Shown here: positions 23,121-36,740 of the stretch, one piece after another
Numbering within the stretch: position 1 is the first letter of the stretch
How the letters are laid out: every line of letters begins with the position of its first letter
DNA from: Mobula hypostoma
Lineage: Eukaryota
Assembly: GCF_963921235.1 (NCBI RefSeq)
Contig: NC_086097.1
Location: 172,176,001 to 172,240,000, forward strand
DNA: 64,000 nucleotides
Reading direction: 5' to 3'
The notes under the pieces: model-generated
Seen by the model: only the letters and a program-made list of their open reading frames with translations
Told to the model about the DNA's origin: nothing
The model's database searches: none
Translations under genes and position numbers: made by a program

Positions 23121-26100
23121 AAAGAAAGAGTGAAGGTTGAAAGGTTTTTGGTTCGTAAAGGTGTCAAAGTTTACAGGAGAATGGAGTTGAGGGGAAAATA
23201 AATAAGCCATGATCGAATGGTGGAGTAGACTCGATGGGCCAAATGGCCTAAATTCTGCTCCTATGTCTTATGGTCGTATGGAGATGTCGGTGGGGGGGGG
23301 GGGGTAGTGGTGAGAGGTTTTATTTACACAGAGTGTGGTGGATACCTGGAATGTGCAGCCAAAGACAGTGATGGAAGCAGATATATTCGGCATTTCTTTT
23401 ATCCCAGGAGTCTGTGAATCAGCGTGCAAGGCAAATATATCCCTCCCTCTGTAACGAAAAATCATTAACGTTTTATCTATCTGTTGCCTTGGTTCTTCTT
23501 TCTCGATTTTGCATCAGAAGCTTTCATTTCTTTGAGTTCTCTCTCCGAGCCTAAATCTGACAGCAATAGATTCTGAGTGATCTCTGCAGGACACTTCATC
23601 ACTGGGGGATTTTAAGTAGGCTCCGAAAAGAAGACCAGGAAATAAGGTGTTCAATATATCTGGCAGTTACAATTAAACCCATTTTCTTTTTTTGTTGTTT
23701 TCTGCAGACTATTTTAACACAATACCTCAGTTTTCATTGTTCTGATTGCAACAAACAATAAAAGAATGCAAGATTATCATTATTTGGACAGGCTCAGTGA
23801 AGGGATACTGTCCCCATCCACAGAAAAGGGACATAGATAACATTTTGCAGAGCAAATTACAAGGGAAATGCAACAAACCATTTTTATTCATGAAGTGGTA
23901 CTGGTCTGGATATCACAGCATCTTAAGTATAGTAGAGACAGAACTAGTCGAGGCTTGTGAAAGAAGACTGCACGGGTACTTGATGAGACACTGACTAAGT
24001 GTAGGTAAGTCCACACCTGGGGTATTTTATACAGTTGTGGTCACCTTGTGATAGGAAAGATGTCAATAAGTTGGAAAGGGTGCAAAGAAGATTTACAAGA
24101 ATATTACGAGCACTCAAGGCCTGAGTTATGGGGAAATGTTGGGCAGGCTAGGACTTTATTCCTTACTGAGGTGACCTTTCTGGGGTGCTGGGGGCAGCCC
24201 ATAAGTGTTGCCACATATTCCGGTGCCAAGCTGGCATGCTCAGCAGAACACAAGACAACCACATGACGAAACAGCAAAACAAGCGCTGTTCCTCCTATGG
24301 AACTCGAGAGATTCACAGACCTGAGGCTCTAACTGACTCCACTGGGCCTTGACTTCTGGACTTCTGATCGACCTTTGGGCTTTGATCTTCGGTATCGCCC
24401 CCAGTGGGCATGTCGGTTGGCATGGACAAGATGGGCTGAAGGGCCTCTTTCTATGCTGTGTTGCCCTGTGTTACCAATACACAATAAATAATTAGTGGTA
24501 AAATAAATAAGGAAAAGAGTAATGGAGTCAGTGGATTCCCATTGCAAGATTACTAAAATGCTATTAGATGCAAAGAACGTACTAAGGGGATCGGTTTTCA
24601 GATTCTGTGGTTATTCTCCTCATCATCTTTCTGATCCTTCTTTGAAACACCTTGCATTTTTATTCCTCTGGAAACTAACAGGTTATCCCTCTTAATTCTA
24701 TCAGAATGCTTCCTAACTTTGAAAATCACTTTTAGACAGCTTTTTGCTATCATAGTTTAAAGATACGTCCACAAATATCTGACAGTTGAGATGTGTTGCC
24801 AAAGGAGTCAAGCTGTCAATGTGAAATACAAATCAAAGGACAAAATTGAGTCTTGCAGGAAAATTAAAACCACTCACATCACAAATGACACTGACCACTC
24901 TACAGTTTTTTACTAAAGCCAATGCCTTTCTTCATCATGCTTTGTTTATAAATGGGTAACTTAAATTAGTAAATCAGTTTATTTTCACATGTACCATGGT
25001 ACATGAAAAAAGTTGTTCTGCATGGTCAGGCAGCGACCATGGAAAGGGAAATACTCAACAGGTCATTTAGGCTGGTGACCCCTCACTAGTCATTTTGATG
25101 AATTCTCAGCGATTTGAGATGTTTCTCTACAAATGCTGCCTGGCCTGCTGAGTAGTTTCACCATTCTCTCTTATTTCAGATTCCCAGTATGTTGTTTTGC
25201 TGCATTTGAAATTTGTAAACAAATGTGTTTAAAGATCATCTGTGCCTTTGGAGAGAAAATGGTAGTGCTATTTCCACAAAGTGCTTGATAAATTGGCTAT
25301 TTGGAAGGTGCCAACCACGGTTCAGTGCTGGTGCTCGCCACACAGTCTAAAGCTGGTGAATCTAAAACCCAGTCTAAAGGTGTGAATATATAATTTGATC
25401 TGACAGTTAAAGTTGAATGCTTCAGTGGGCAGTACAGTGGTACAGCTGGAGAAACCACTGCGTCACAGTGCCCAGGTTCAATCCTGACTTGTTTTTTTAT
25501 ATATTTGCACAGTTTGTCATCTTTTACACTTTGGTGTTTGTCATTCTCTGCGTGCAGTTTTTCATCAAGTCTGTTATGTTCTACTGCGAATGCCTACTCA
25601 GGGTGTAGGCATTCACATTACTCATGGTGACATATACAGTACGTACTGAGGAATTTTTTTTAGCCAGAGAGTGGTGAATCTGTGGAATGCCCTGCCACAG
25701 GCTGCGGTGGAGGCCAAATCCATGGGTATATTTAAGGCAGAAGTTGCTCATTTCCTAATCGGTCCTGATCAAAGGATATGGTGAGAAGGCAGATGTATGG
25801 GGTTGATTGGGATCCAGGATCAACCATGATGGAATGGCGGAGCAGAATTGATGGGCTGAATGGCCTAATTCTGCTCCTATATCTTATGGTACTTTAAATA
25901 ATAAACTTACCTCGAACATTGAAATTTTAACTTGTTTATTAGCTGTGTTACAGATGCATCAAAATAAAACACGTTTCCCCTGAACAGGTACATGGAGACA
26001 TTTTGAAACTGATGTCATCCTTGTAGAAATATGAATGAAACCATTTAAAGTATAACCCAACAGATTGAAATCAATTTCTGTTTTCTATTTCAGATAGAGT

Positions 26101-27745
26101 AATGATTAAAAATGTTTAGGTGAAAGAATAATATGAGGGAAAAAATGAGGGTGGTGGAACAATCAGTTTTGCAGAGGGAAAAGGGATTAAATGAGGACTG
26201 CAGAGAGGATGTGGGGTGTGGGACCAGTGGGATTTCTGTTCCTGATGCCTAATTGGAGAGTGTAGTAAGAGGAACTCATTCAATATTCAGTTCTCTGAAC
26301 TCACTAGAGAAAGTTTGGGAACCAGAGCGTAATGCACACTCTTTGTTATATTGTCGGTTTAACATATGTACATACTGTAGGCAGCAGTGGATACTTTGCT
26401 TCTTCTCAACACCTAACATGATAGTTTTCACTTGAATTGAAGTAGAAAACATGGCCCCAATCCAGTCTTTAATAAAATCTGCACAAAAAAATTCATAATT
26501 TGATGCAGGCAACTCCTCTATATTCAATATTTCATGTACAAGTCTACTTGCAACATCATATTCTCAATCCATTTAGAGGAACAGCGCAAGGTCCTGTAAA
26601 AAATTGGGAATAAATGGTTGCCATTGGACTGTGTAGGTTGATGAAAATTTTTATATGAAGTTTCATGCTGAGTTAATCATGAAAATAAATTCCCTAAATC
26701 TAAGTGGTGACATGAAGGCAACAAATAATCTGCTAGAGGAACTCAGCAGGTCAGCACCTGTGAGAGGAAAGGAGTGCAGATGTTTCGGGTAAAAACCTTG
26801 CGTCAGGACTTTTGTCATCATCCCTGGAATGTTAACTGTAGTTTGGTTGAGACTGACTGGGAGCTGAGAAATTACTACACTGGAATGATTAAACATTTGA
26901 GATTTGTTTCCTGTTAGAACAAATGCCTTCGAAGGAGTTGCCTGAATGCATTATGCAGGAACTTTGCAGCTTGGGGCATTTCTGTTGTATTTCACAGGCA
27001 AAGCCTGTCCCAGCCACCCCTCCCCCCTTTTAAAGCCAGAAAATAAAATGGGCATGATAGTCTGGTGGATAAATCATTAGGCCAGCAGCCAAAGTTTCTG
27101 TAAGAGACATAGGAATTCAAATCCCATTTACTGCGACTGGGGAGTTAATATTCCGATAAATATATCAATCTGAAACTATAAAGAAGATAATTTCAGTGAT
27201 TGTAACTATGAAACTACTTGAAATCCTGCCTTCATGTACTTAATAAAATAACAGGGACCATGAAGAATTCTTGAATAATTTGCATGCCTCAGATATTTGA
27301 CCTGTGACGCGATGGCGTGCATGCCTTTCACTGTGCAGACTGGCCCCTGCATTGTTGCCCTGAAACTGTAATCTCAGACTTTTTCACTGCATTCTGCAAC
27401 AGGCTTCTCAATGTGGGCAAGCTAGGAGGCTGAGAGGTGACCTTGTAGAGGTGTGTAAAATCACCTGGGGATTAGGAGGAATGAGTTCAAAGTTCAAAGT
27501 AAATTTTATTATCAAATTACAGATATGTCACCATATACAACCCTGAGATTCATTTTCTTATGGGCATTCTTAACAAATCTATAAAATAGTAATTATTTAA
27601 GAATCAATGAACGACCACCCAACTTGGGTGTTCAACCAGAGTGCAGAAGACAACAAACTGTGCAAATGCAAAAAGAAAGAACGATAATATAAATATCAAG
27701 ACCGTGAGATAAAGAATCCTTGAAAGTGAATCCATTGGTTGTGGG

Positions 27746-28385
27746 TGTTGTTGCATGAATAATGTCACCAGAGAAAAGTACTGGTAGGTATGAAGCAACC
27801 CCTTAATTTGACAAATCAAGATACAGCAGGCACCATGTTGAGACCCTTTCAGTGGAAAGGTCTGCCTGGCCCAACACTATCCAACATTTTATATGCTAAA
27901 GATCAAAGAAAATTCAGGACGGTTCAAACAAATCCATATGTACAATGCCCCCTTTGAACTACACAGCCCTTTCACACCTCCCTCCTTCACAGCCACCGCC
28001 TTCACACCCATACTACAGACACCCAACTACACACTAATGAACTTAAATCAGCATTGCTTACCCATTGTTCAGTGTTGCATTTTAGATTTAATCTTCAATG
28101 CATATTCATATCTGAAGGTTGGTCATGGAAGTCAATATTTACTTTATGTCCTAACCACAAAAATGCCCTAACTGTCCCTCTGCATGGACAGAATAAATTT
28201 CTAACAGGAAAGGCCAACCTTAAGGAGGATCTACTCGAATAGGGCAGCAGAAATGCTCTGCTTCGAACCCTCCCAATTACTCTATGTGCATTTTAGATTT
28301 AATCATCAATGCATATTCAGACCTGAAGGTTGGACAGTGAAGTCAATATTCGCTTTTATGTCCTAACCCCAAAAACACTCCAACA
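27746..28385 (-). mobile_element. Solo LTR (640 bp) with internal 211-bp partial tandem duplication
   Basis: TGTTG...CAACA termini; interrupts a Rex/L2-type tail at gttgtggg|..aacatttc; degenerate 5-bp flanks gtggg/gagag; repeat starts at 28076 and 28287; related to 49963-51379. Confidence 0.65.
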
Positions 28386-31300
28386 GAGAGAACATTTCAA
28401 TGATGGGACAAGTGAGGTTGAGTGAAGCTATCCCCTTTGTTAAAGAGTCTGATAGTTGAGAGGTAATAACTGTTCCTAAACCTAATGGTGTGAGTCCTAA
28501 GGGTCTTGTACCTTCTTTCTGATGGCTGCAGTGAGGAAAGCATATCCTGGGTGGTGGGGGTCCCTGATAATGGATGCTGCTTTGCTGCAACAGCATTTCA
28601 TGTAGATGGGCTTTATGGTTGGGAGGGCTTTACCCATGAAGGACTGAGCTGTATCCACTACTTCTTGTAGAATTTTCCGTTCAAGAGCATTGCTGTTTCC
28701 ACACCAGGCTGTGATGCAGCCAGAATGTACTCTCCACTACACGACTACAGAAGTTTGTCAAAGTTTTGATGTCATGTCAAATCTTCGCAAACTGCTAAGA
28801 AAGTAGAGGTGCTGGTGTGCTTTCCTCATAATTACATTAAGGTACTGAGCCCAGGACAGGTCCTCAGAAATAATAACACCTAGGAATTTAAAGTTGCTAA
28901 CCCTCTCTACTTCTGATCTTCCAATGAGGACTACCTCTGGTTTCCCTCTCCTGAAGTCTACATTCAGTTCCTTGGTCTTGCTGACATTGAGTAAGAGGTT
29001 GTTGTTATGACGTCACTAACCACATTTTCAATCTCCCTTCTATATGCTGATTCATCACTACTTCAGATTCGGCCAAGGTTTTGTGGGGTTGGGGAATCAA
29101 CAACAAGAGGGCATGGTTTAAAGTTCAGTCACAACATGGAAACAGGCCATTCAGCCCAAGTGGTTCATGCCAGTCAAGATGACTGTCTAGTTGCATTTGT
29201 CTGCTTTTGGCTCAAAAATCTCTCTAAAAGTTTTCTATACATGTACCAGTCCGAGTACTTTTGAAGGTACCTGTCCCTGCTGCTTCTTCTGCCATCTAAT
29301 TCCATATACTGACTCCTTTCTGGGTGGAAAAATTTGCCCCTCAGTTCCTTATTAAATTTTGCCCTCTTACCTTCAATGTATGCGTGAAGTTCTTGATTCC
29401 TCAACCCTGTGGTAAAAGACAATGCACATTCAGCCTATCTACTGTATGCTCCGCATGACTCTATAAGATCAACCTTCATTCTCCTACATCCAATGGAAAA
29501 GTCCCAAATTTCTTAACCACTTTACATAATTCAGCCCGTTCAATCATGGCAATGTCCTTGTAAATCATCTCTGTACTCTTTCCAGCTAATGCCATCTTTC
29601 CAAATTTGAACACATCCTGGAGGATGTGCCAAATTTCTTCAGATTCTTAAGGAAGTAAAGCAAAATTGACGAGCTTTCTTGGCCATAACATCAACGTGGT
29701 GCACCAGAACAGGCTACTGGCGATGTTCATACCTAGGAACTTGAAGCTCTCAACCATATTCACCACAACACCATTGATGCAGACAGGAACATGTGCACTG
29801 ATCCGACCCCGCTTTCTGAAATGAATGACCAGCTCTTCATTTTTGTTGACATTGAGAGAAAGGTTGTTGTCATGACACCATGTCACTAAGCTCTCTATCC
29901 CCTTCTTGTATTCCAACAGGAAATCCATTTTAGCAGGCATGGGTGAGTTGGGGTGAGTTGGGGTGAAGGATTTGTTTCCAAGCTGCATGAATCCTTGACT
30001 CTCTGGCTCTAACTTACTGGACCAAAGGAGAAGGATGGTCTACAGATCCCCCCCACCCCCCCGCCATGGCAGGAACCTTTAGGCCATGCATATGGCTGAG
30101 AGTATGAGAGTTCGATGGAAGGGATTTTCGTGCTGCTATGGGGCTGCAGACATCTTCTGGCACCCGTGGACTTGATTTATGGCTGCAGTTCTGAGTACTG
30201 AGTGATTCATCGGGACAAAACCTCACACTTACCTGCGGTGGATCTACACACCGTCTTCCCACCGGATCGACTTCAGCTTTGGTCAATATGCTGCCATACG
30301 CAGACAACACTTTGTGTTTGCACGTGTTTGAATGTAGAACATGGAACAAAACAGCACATAAACAGGCCCTTTGGCCTACAATGTTGTGACAAACTAATTA
30401 AATTGGTAATTAAAATCCCAGCTAACCACTTCTGCGAACACAATGTCTGTTTCCCTCCATTCTCTGCACAGTCATGTGCTCATCTAAGGGTTTCTCAAAT
30501 GCCTCTGTGGTACTTACCTCCACTACCAGCCTGGACAGTGCATTCCAGGCACACACCGTACGCTGTGTATGAAATGTGATGCTGACACCTTCTTTGAACT
30601 TCCCCGTTCTCACCTTAAGTGCATGCTTTCTGATATTGGACACAATACTAGAGGGCATAACATTTCACTGCTAACCTCCAAATCTTTAATAACGTAATAA
30701 GATTGACCTTACTAAGCAAAGATCCCCATTGAGCCTGTTGTTGCTGTGCAAGCCTTCCTGACTGTTTTTCCACAACAAGAGTGCACAGTGTGACCTTTCA
30801 AAGGTCAGTCCAAAGGAAGGGTCTCAAGTCTCAACCTGAAATGTTGAGTCAAGAGAGACTACAGACACTGGTCTCTGGAGCAGCACCCAAAGGAGCCTGA
30901 AGAAGTCTGTTGGTCAGGCAGCAACTATGGAGGGAAATAAACAGTTAATTTTTTGAGATCCTCCAGCAGGACTGATATTCTTTTATCCCGATGAAGGGTC
31001 TCAGCCTGAAATGTCAACTGTTCATTTCCCTTGATAGATGCTGCCTGACCTGCTGAGTTCCTCCGGCATTTTGTTTGCATTGCTACTGAAACATCAACTG
31101 TTCATCTCCATCCAGAGATGCTACCTGACCTCCAGAGTCCCTCCATCTTGTTTTCTTTTTTATTCCAGCTTCTGCAGTCTCTTGTGTCTTAACTGATCTT
31201 GGAAACTTCCAGACAGAGTAGATACAGGGACAATGTTTCCACTGGCTATGGAATCAACTCCAACTGGTATTGTTATAGGTTTCTTCATGTCACATATATC

Positions 31301-32431
31301 AAAATGCACTGAAAAGCTTGTCTTGCTGATGATCTCATTCATACAGGTCAGGTCATTGCACTGTGCGTTGATGCAGAACAAGGTAAAACAATAAAGTCCA
31401 ACAGCTGCAGAGAAAATCAGATCCCAATTCCAATGCCAAACCAGTGGTCACCATTGCAAAATTAGAGGGTGGCCACACAAGAACAGAGATGAGAAGAGAC
31501 TTATTCACCCAAGAAGCAGTGGGTTTTTGGAACTTTCTACCCAAGAGAGCTATGCAGGCTCAGCCAAGAAGTATAGTCAAGACAGAGGTCAGCAGAATTT
31601 CAGACATTTAGGGCATGAACAGATATGGTGTTAGTGCAGGTAGATGGAGTCAGGATGAGTCGCGACATCCCTGAATGGCAGAGCAGCCAGAAGAGGCCAA
31701 ATAGCATCATGCTCCTGTTTAGGATATGATTTTAGCATTAGCAGCATGATATGAATTTTTAAATAATAGTGTACAGAAGTCTAAAAGTTGCTGCCAGTTC
31801 CAGAGTGATGACAGAGAAAAGTGGTAGTTTCTGTCATGCTGTCACAGAATCTGGGTCACAGTAATAAGACTGTCCTTGTCCTTGGAAAGAATGAGCGCCA
31901 GACACACTGCTCTCAGTGCTTAGTGAAAGAGCTCTCACTAAGCTACTCACATTGCCCTTGATGCTGGTGTGGAATTATGTTATTATTAGGTCATGAAATT
32001 AATGGATAGTGAATAACAAATGTGCCAAATGAGGCTTAATCAAAATGTCAGAGGAATGCAATCTTTTGATTTGTGATTAATACAGATGAAACATCTGAAC
32101 TACCTCAAGAAGCCAACACAGCATCTGTAGACTGAGTGAGATTGTACTCAAAAGGTCACATGAAGCGGTAGAATTGTTGCATTTGTATTTTGCTGTGATG
32201 GTGGCTGTGGGATACAAAATAAATAGTTAGCAACTTGGATGGAGAAGACCAGGAGACGTTATGGACCAAATGCATGCAACTAGCTTAGATAGACTCCTTG
32301 GTTGGCACGAATGAGTTGAGCCTAAGGACCTGTTTCTGTGCTGTATAATCCTATGATGTTATAAATGTCAATTTAAGATAGTAAATTTTATAAATTAATG
32401 TAGACTGGAACTGTTGTATAAGCATCAAATA

Positions 32432-34345
32432 CAGTGGATTCTGGTTAATTGGGACACAACAGGACCTGTATATTTTGGCCCAATTTGTAGCTGCCCAATT
32501 AACTGAAGTTTCCTGGAACTAGTTAAAAAGGTATATAAAAAAATCTACCATTTAACTAAGTAACAAGTTATGTATTTAAGTGTAATACAGAACAAATTAT
32601 AACACCATCACTGCTACTTCAGTACTTTAACTGTGCATTAGTTCCTAATAGTTATCAGCGGAAAGATTCATCTGGCATATGCCGGCCTTTATGGGGTGTC
32701 CAGGGAGGGGTAGCACCTCTGGTGAAGGGGCTTGTTGTGCCTCTTCAGGGCAGCTCGCTCTCTGTTGGTCACTCAGCGAACACTCAGCTCTCACCTGTGA
32801 CTCTGAGTAGCTGTTTGCACGCGACAGCAGCCACCTCCCGGTACTCTGCTCGCCAGGCACACTAAACCAGGTGAGGATAGCTGGTGGGCGTCATACTCCA
32901 GTGAAATAGGGACTGCTTGTCCTAGCATGTGAAGTCAGCTGCGGCAGACTGGGTAGGTGAGATCAACAGAGAGATACAACAGCTAAGAAGGTGGCTCTGA
33001 AAGCCTTCATGGAAGGGAAAAGCATGATAAGGCAAAGCATTGTCATCGTTTTTTTTTCTGCAACCAAGGAAGACCCCAGTTTGTGATGACTACTTGTACC
33101 ACTGGAACCAGACTTTCGAGGTCAAGAGAGTGGCAATGTCCTATTGTAATGGCTTTTCCACTTTAAAAACTCTCTGGCACAGGTTTCACTGCCATCAGAT
33201 ATGACAGACTGCTGCGTACTTTTGATTTACTGTAAATGAATAAAATTAGCACAGGCAGCTAGTGCAGAAAATGGACTGACCTCATACAATGCTTCCAATG
33301 ATTGCATCCTCCAGATCTGCACCTTCTTTGTAACATTCAAGATGATTGTTAATACCTTCAAATTCTTTGTAGTTAAGGTAGTGAAATTGTTCATTTTCAC
33401 TCCCGGCCATTTCTGACATCTCCAAGCCTGCGAGCCTGAAATCGCTGTAAGCAAAACAATACTAAATTGCCTTAATGCTTAATGCTCACTAATGGTAAGT
33501 GACAAAAATCATTGATTTTTGAACACAAACACGAACAAATGATAATACTTAAAAACTGTTTGCTCTAAGCACAGTGTCATGTCTACTGACATGACTGACA
33601 GTAGTTAGAAACTGTTCAGCAGTGGTCTCCTGTCCCTATTAAGTGGCATAATATCCCAAATAAACAAAGGTAATCCCAGCAATACCTGAGATTCCCTTTA
33701 CAAACAAAGGAATCCCCATTTCCCTCTCTCATGGATATGTTCATCCATGGCCTCCTACACTGTTGTGATGAGGCCACACCCAGGCTGGAGGAACAACACC
33801 TTATATTTCATTTGGGTAGCCTCCAACCTGATGACATGAACATCGATTTCTCAACCTTCTGGTAATGCCCACCACCTCCCTTCACCATGTCCCATCCCCT
33901 TTACCGTCTCTCAGTTTATCTCATTACCTGCCCATCACCTCCCTCTGGTGCTCCTCCCCCCTTTTTTTTTCTTCCATGGCCTTCTGTATCTTTCACCAAT
34001 AAGCCTCTCAGTTCTTTACTTCATCCCTCCCCCTCCAGGTTTCACCTGTCATCTGGTGTTTCTTTCTATCCCCTCCCCCCATCTTTTAACTTTACTCCCC
34101 AGCTGTTTTTCTCCAGTTCTGCCGAAGGGTTTCAGCTCAAAACATCAACTGTACTTTTTTCCATAGATGCTGCTCAACCTGCTGAGCTCCTCCAGCATTT
34201 TGTGTCTGTTGTATGGATTTCCAGTATCTGTAGACTTTCTCTTGTTTGTAAAGGGAATCCCATCTATTTCCTCGATCAGTTTTTGTTGCTTAAGCGTTGT
34301 CCCAAATCTCAAATAACCAATGAACCAATTAACCAGAATCTACTG
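32432..34345 (-). mobile_element. Internally deleted pogo/Tigger-like DNA transposon with nested insertions
   Basis: 21-bp TIRs CAGTGGATTCTGGTTAATTGG / CCAATTAACCAGAATCTACTG (1 mismatch), TA on both flanks; minus-strand remnant resembling a transposase C-terminus at ~33280-33480. Confidence 0.8.
33710..34250 (+). mobile_element. Penelope-like 3' fragment nested in the Tigger-like element
   Basis: CDEATPRLEEQHLIFHLGSLQPD coding remnant followed by the terminal repeat with a decayed hammerhead. Confidence 0.75.
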
Positions 34346-35420
34346 TATTTGAACTCTCAGCAAGTCAGGCAGAGGATGAAACAGTCAGAGTTCAAAGTTT
34401 CATTGGAATACTGCTGACTCAAAGTCTACAATCACCCTGATGTGAGCTCAGAGGTATTGTGACAGGGGGAGTGAGAACATAAACTGGCCACTGGTGAGGG
34501 AATGCTTTGATGTACAGTGCAAGCAGGAAAGTTAATCAAGATCAGAGCAGCTCAAAGTTCATGGGAAATTCATTGAACATGCCAGAAAAAAAGTTATTTG
34601 CAGCAACACAGGGGCAAGAAAGAGTTATTGTGGACAACAAGCCAATGGTCAACTCAAAGGAGATAGGACAAACAATGACATTTTAGAGCTCTTGATCAGA
34701 CCTCACACACTTAAACTAACAACTCATGTTCCTTCTCTCCTCTAAGACCATTTGAATCATTAACCATACAGTAATAATGCATGAGTGGCTCTACAGTGCC
34801 TAGAGGAGCCCCATCTTCACAGAGCCAGACACTCTGGTTCGATGCCAATACCAGGTGCTCTCCGTATGGATTTTGAACGTTCTTCCTGTGACCACATGGG
34901 GCTTCCTTCAGTTGCTCCAGTTTTTTCCCACGTCCCATTAACATGGGTGTTGTTGGATTAATTAACTGTTATAAATTGCCTCAGTGGTTGAATCTGTTGA
35001 GAGTTGACGAGAATGTGAAGAGAATTAAACATTGGGGTTGATGTAGGGCTAGTTTAAACTGGTGAATGATGGCTGGCACAGACTCAGTGAACTAAATGGT
35101 CTCTTTCAGAATTAGAATCAGGTTTATTGTCACTGATATATGTATGTCGTGAAATTTGTTTTGCAGCAGCAATGCAGTGTAATTCATTAAAAAATTGAAA
35201 TAAATTACAATAAGAATACATTAAAAATATTGCAATAAGAGAGCAGTATGGTAGGGAATTGTTCATGGAACATGAACAATTCAGAAATTTAATGATGGTG
35301 AGGAAGAAGCTGTTGCTAAAATGGCCAGTGTACCTCTTCCTCGATGGTAGTAGTAAGGAGAGGTTATGTCCTGCTTCTGAACTTGATCACAATGGACAGG
35401 AAACATCATGGTTTCTTTTC

Positions 35421-36047
35421 ATAGAAACATAGAAAATAGGTGCAGGAGTAGGCCATTCGGCCCTTCGAGCCTGCACCGCCATTTATTATGATCATGGCTG
35501 ATCATCCAACTCAGAACCCAGCCTTCCCTCCATACCCCCTGACCCCTGTAGCCACAAGGGCCATATCTAACTCCCTCTTAAACATAGCCAATGAACTGGC
35601 CTCAACAGTTTGCTGTGGCAGAGAATTCCACAGATTCACCACTCTCTGTGTGAAGAAGTTTTTCCTAATCTCGGTCCTAAAAGGCTTCCCCTCTATCCTC
35701 AAACTGTGACCCCTCGTTCTGGACCTCCCCAACATCGGGAACAATCTTCCCACATCTAGCCTGTCCAATCCCTTTAGGATCTTATACGTTTCAATCAGAT
35801 CCCCCCTCAATCTTCTAAATTCCAACGAGTACAAGCCCAGTTCATCCAGTCTTTCTTCATATGAAAGACCTGCCATCCCAGGAATCAATCTGGTGAACCT
35901 TCTTTGTACTCCCTCTATGGCAAAGATGTCTTTCCTCAGATTAGGAGACCAAAACTGCACACAATACTCCAGGTGTGGTCTCACCAAGGCCTTGTACAAC
36001 TGCAGTAGTACCTCCCTGCTCCTGTACTCGAATCCTCTCGCTATAAA
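35421..36047 (-). mobile_element. CR1 LINE 3' end, well preserved
   Basis: Open ORF 35511-35999 (YKALVRPHLEYCVQFWSP...FFTQRVVNLWNSLP); (TTCTATG)n-type tail. Confidence 0.9.
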
Positions 36048-36074
36048 TTAAAATTTTCATTAAAATTTTCGTAC

Positions 36075-36740
36075 TTCAGATTTCAATATCTCTGAGGATC
36101 TAACCTGGTCACAACATATTGACGCAGCTATAAAGAAGGCAAGACAGTGGCTATATTTCATGAGGAGTTTGAGCAGATTTGGTTTGTCATCTAAAACACT
36201 CAAACTTCTATAAGTGTACTGTGGAGAGCACAGCCATTCTGACTGGCTACATGACTGCCTGGTATGTGGGGTGGGGGGGCAGGTGGATGTGGCTGCAACT
36301 GCACAAGATTGAAGTAAGTTGCGGAAGGTTGTAAATTAGTTAGCTCCGTCATGGGTACTAGTCTCCGTAGCATCCAATACATCTTCAAGGAGTGGTGCCT
36401 CAGGAAGGCAGCGTCCATCATTGAGACCCCCACTACCCAGGATGTTGCCCTCTTATTATTACCATCAGGAAAAGGTACAGAAGCCTGAAGGCACACAATC
36501 AGTGATTCAAGAACAGCTTCTTCCCCTCTGCCATACGATTTCTGAATGGACATTGAACCCTACCTCACTACTCTTTATTTCTGTTTTGCACTATTTATTT
36601 AATTTAACTGTTTAATATACATATATATACTTATTGTAATTCAGGTTTTTTTCTGTATATCATGCATTGCATTGTACTACTGCTGCAATGTTAACAAATT
36701 CCACGACATACACTGGTGATACTAAACCTGATTCTGATTT
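36075..36740 (+). mobile_element. Rex1/Babar-type LINE 3' fragment
   Basis: ISEDLTWSQHI / KKARQ.LYF coding remnant; aacctgattctgat tail; similar fragments near 27490-29070, 48644-49120 and 61830-62250. Confidence 0.65.

Noticed and set aside
30227..30300. Perfect CAG|GTAAGT donor on the minus strand (others near 37837 + and 62965 -) as distal non-coding exons
   Set aside because: Isolated 9-mers are expected by chance at roughly this frequency, and no matching acceptor precedes the ATG exon; needs transcript data
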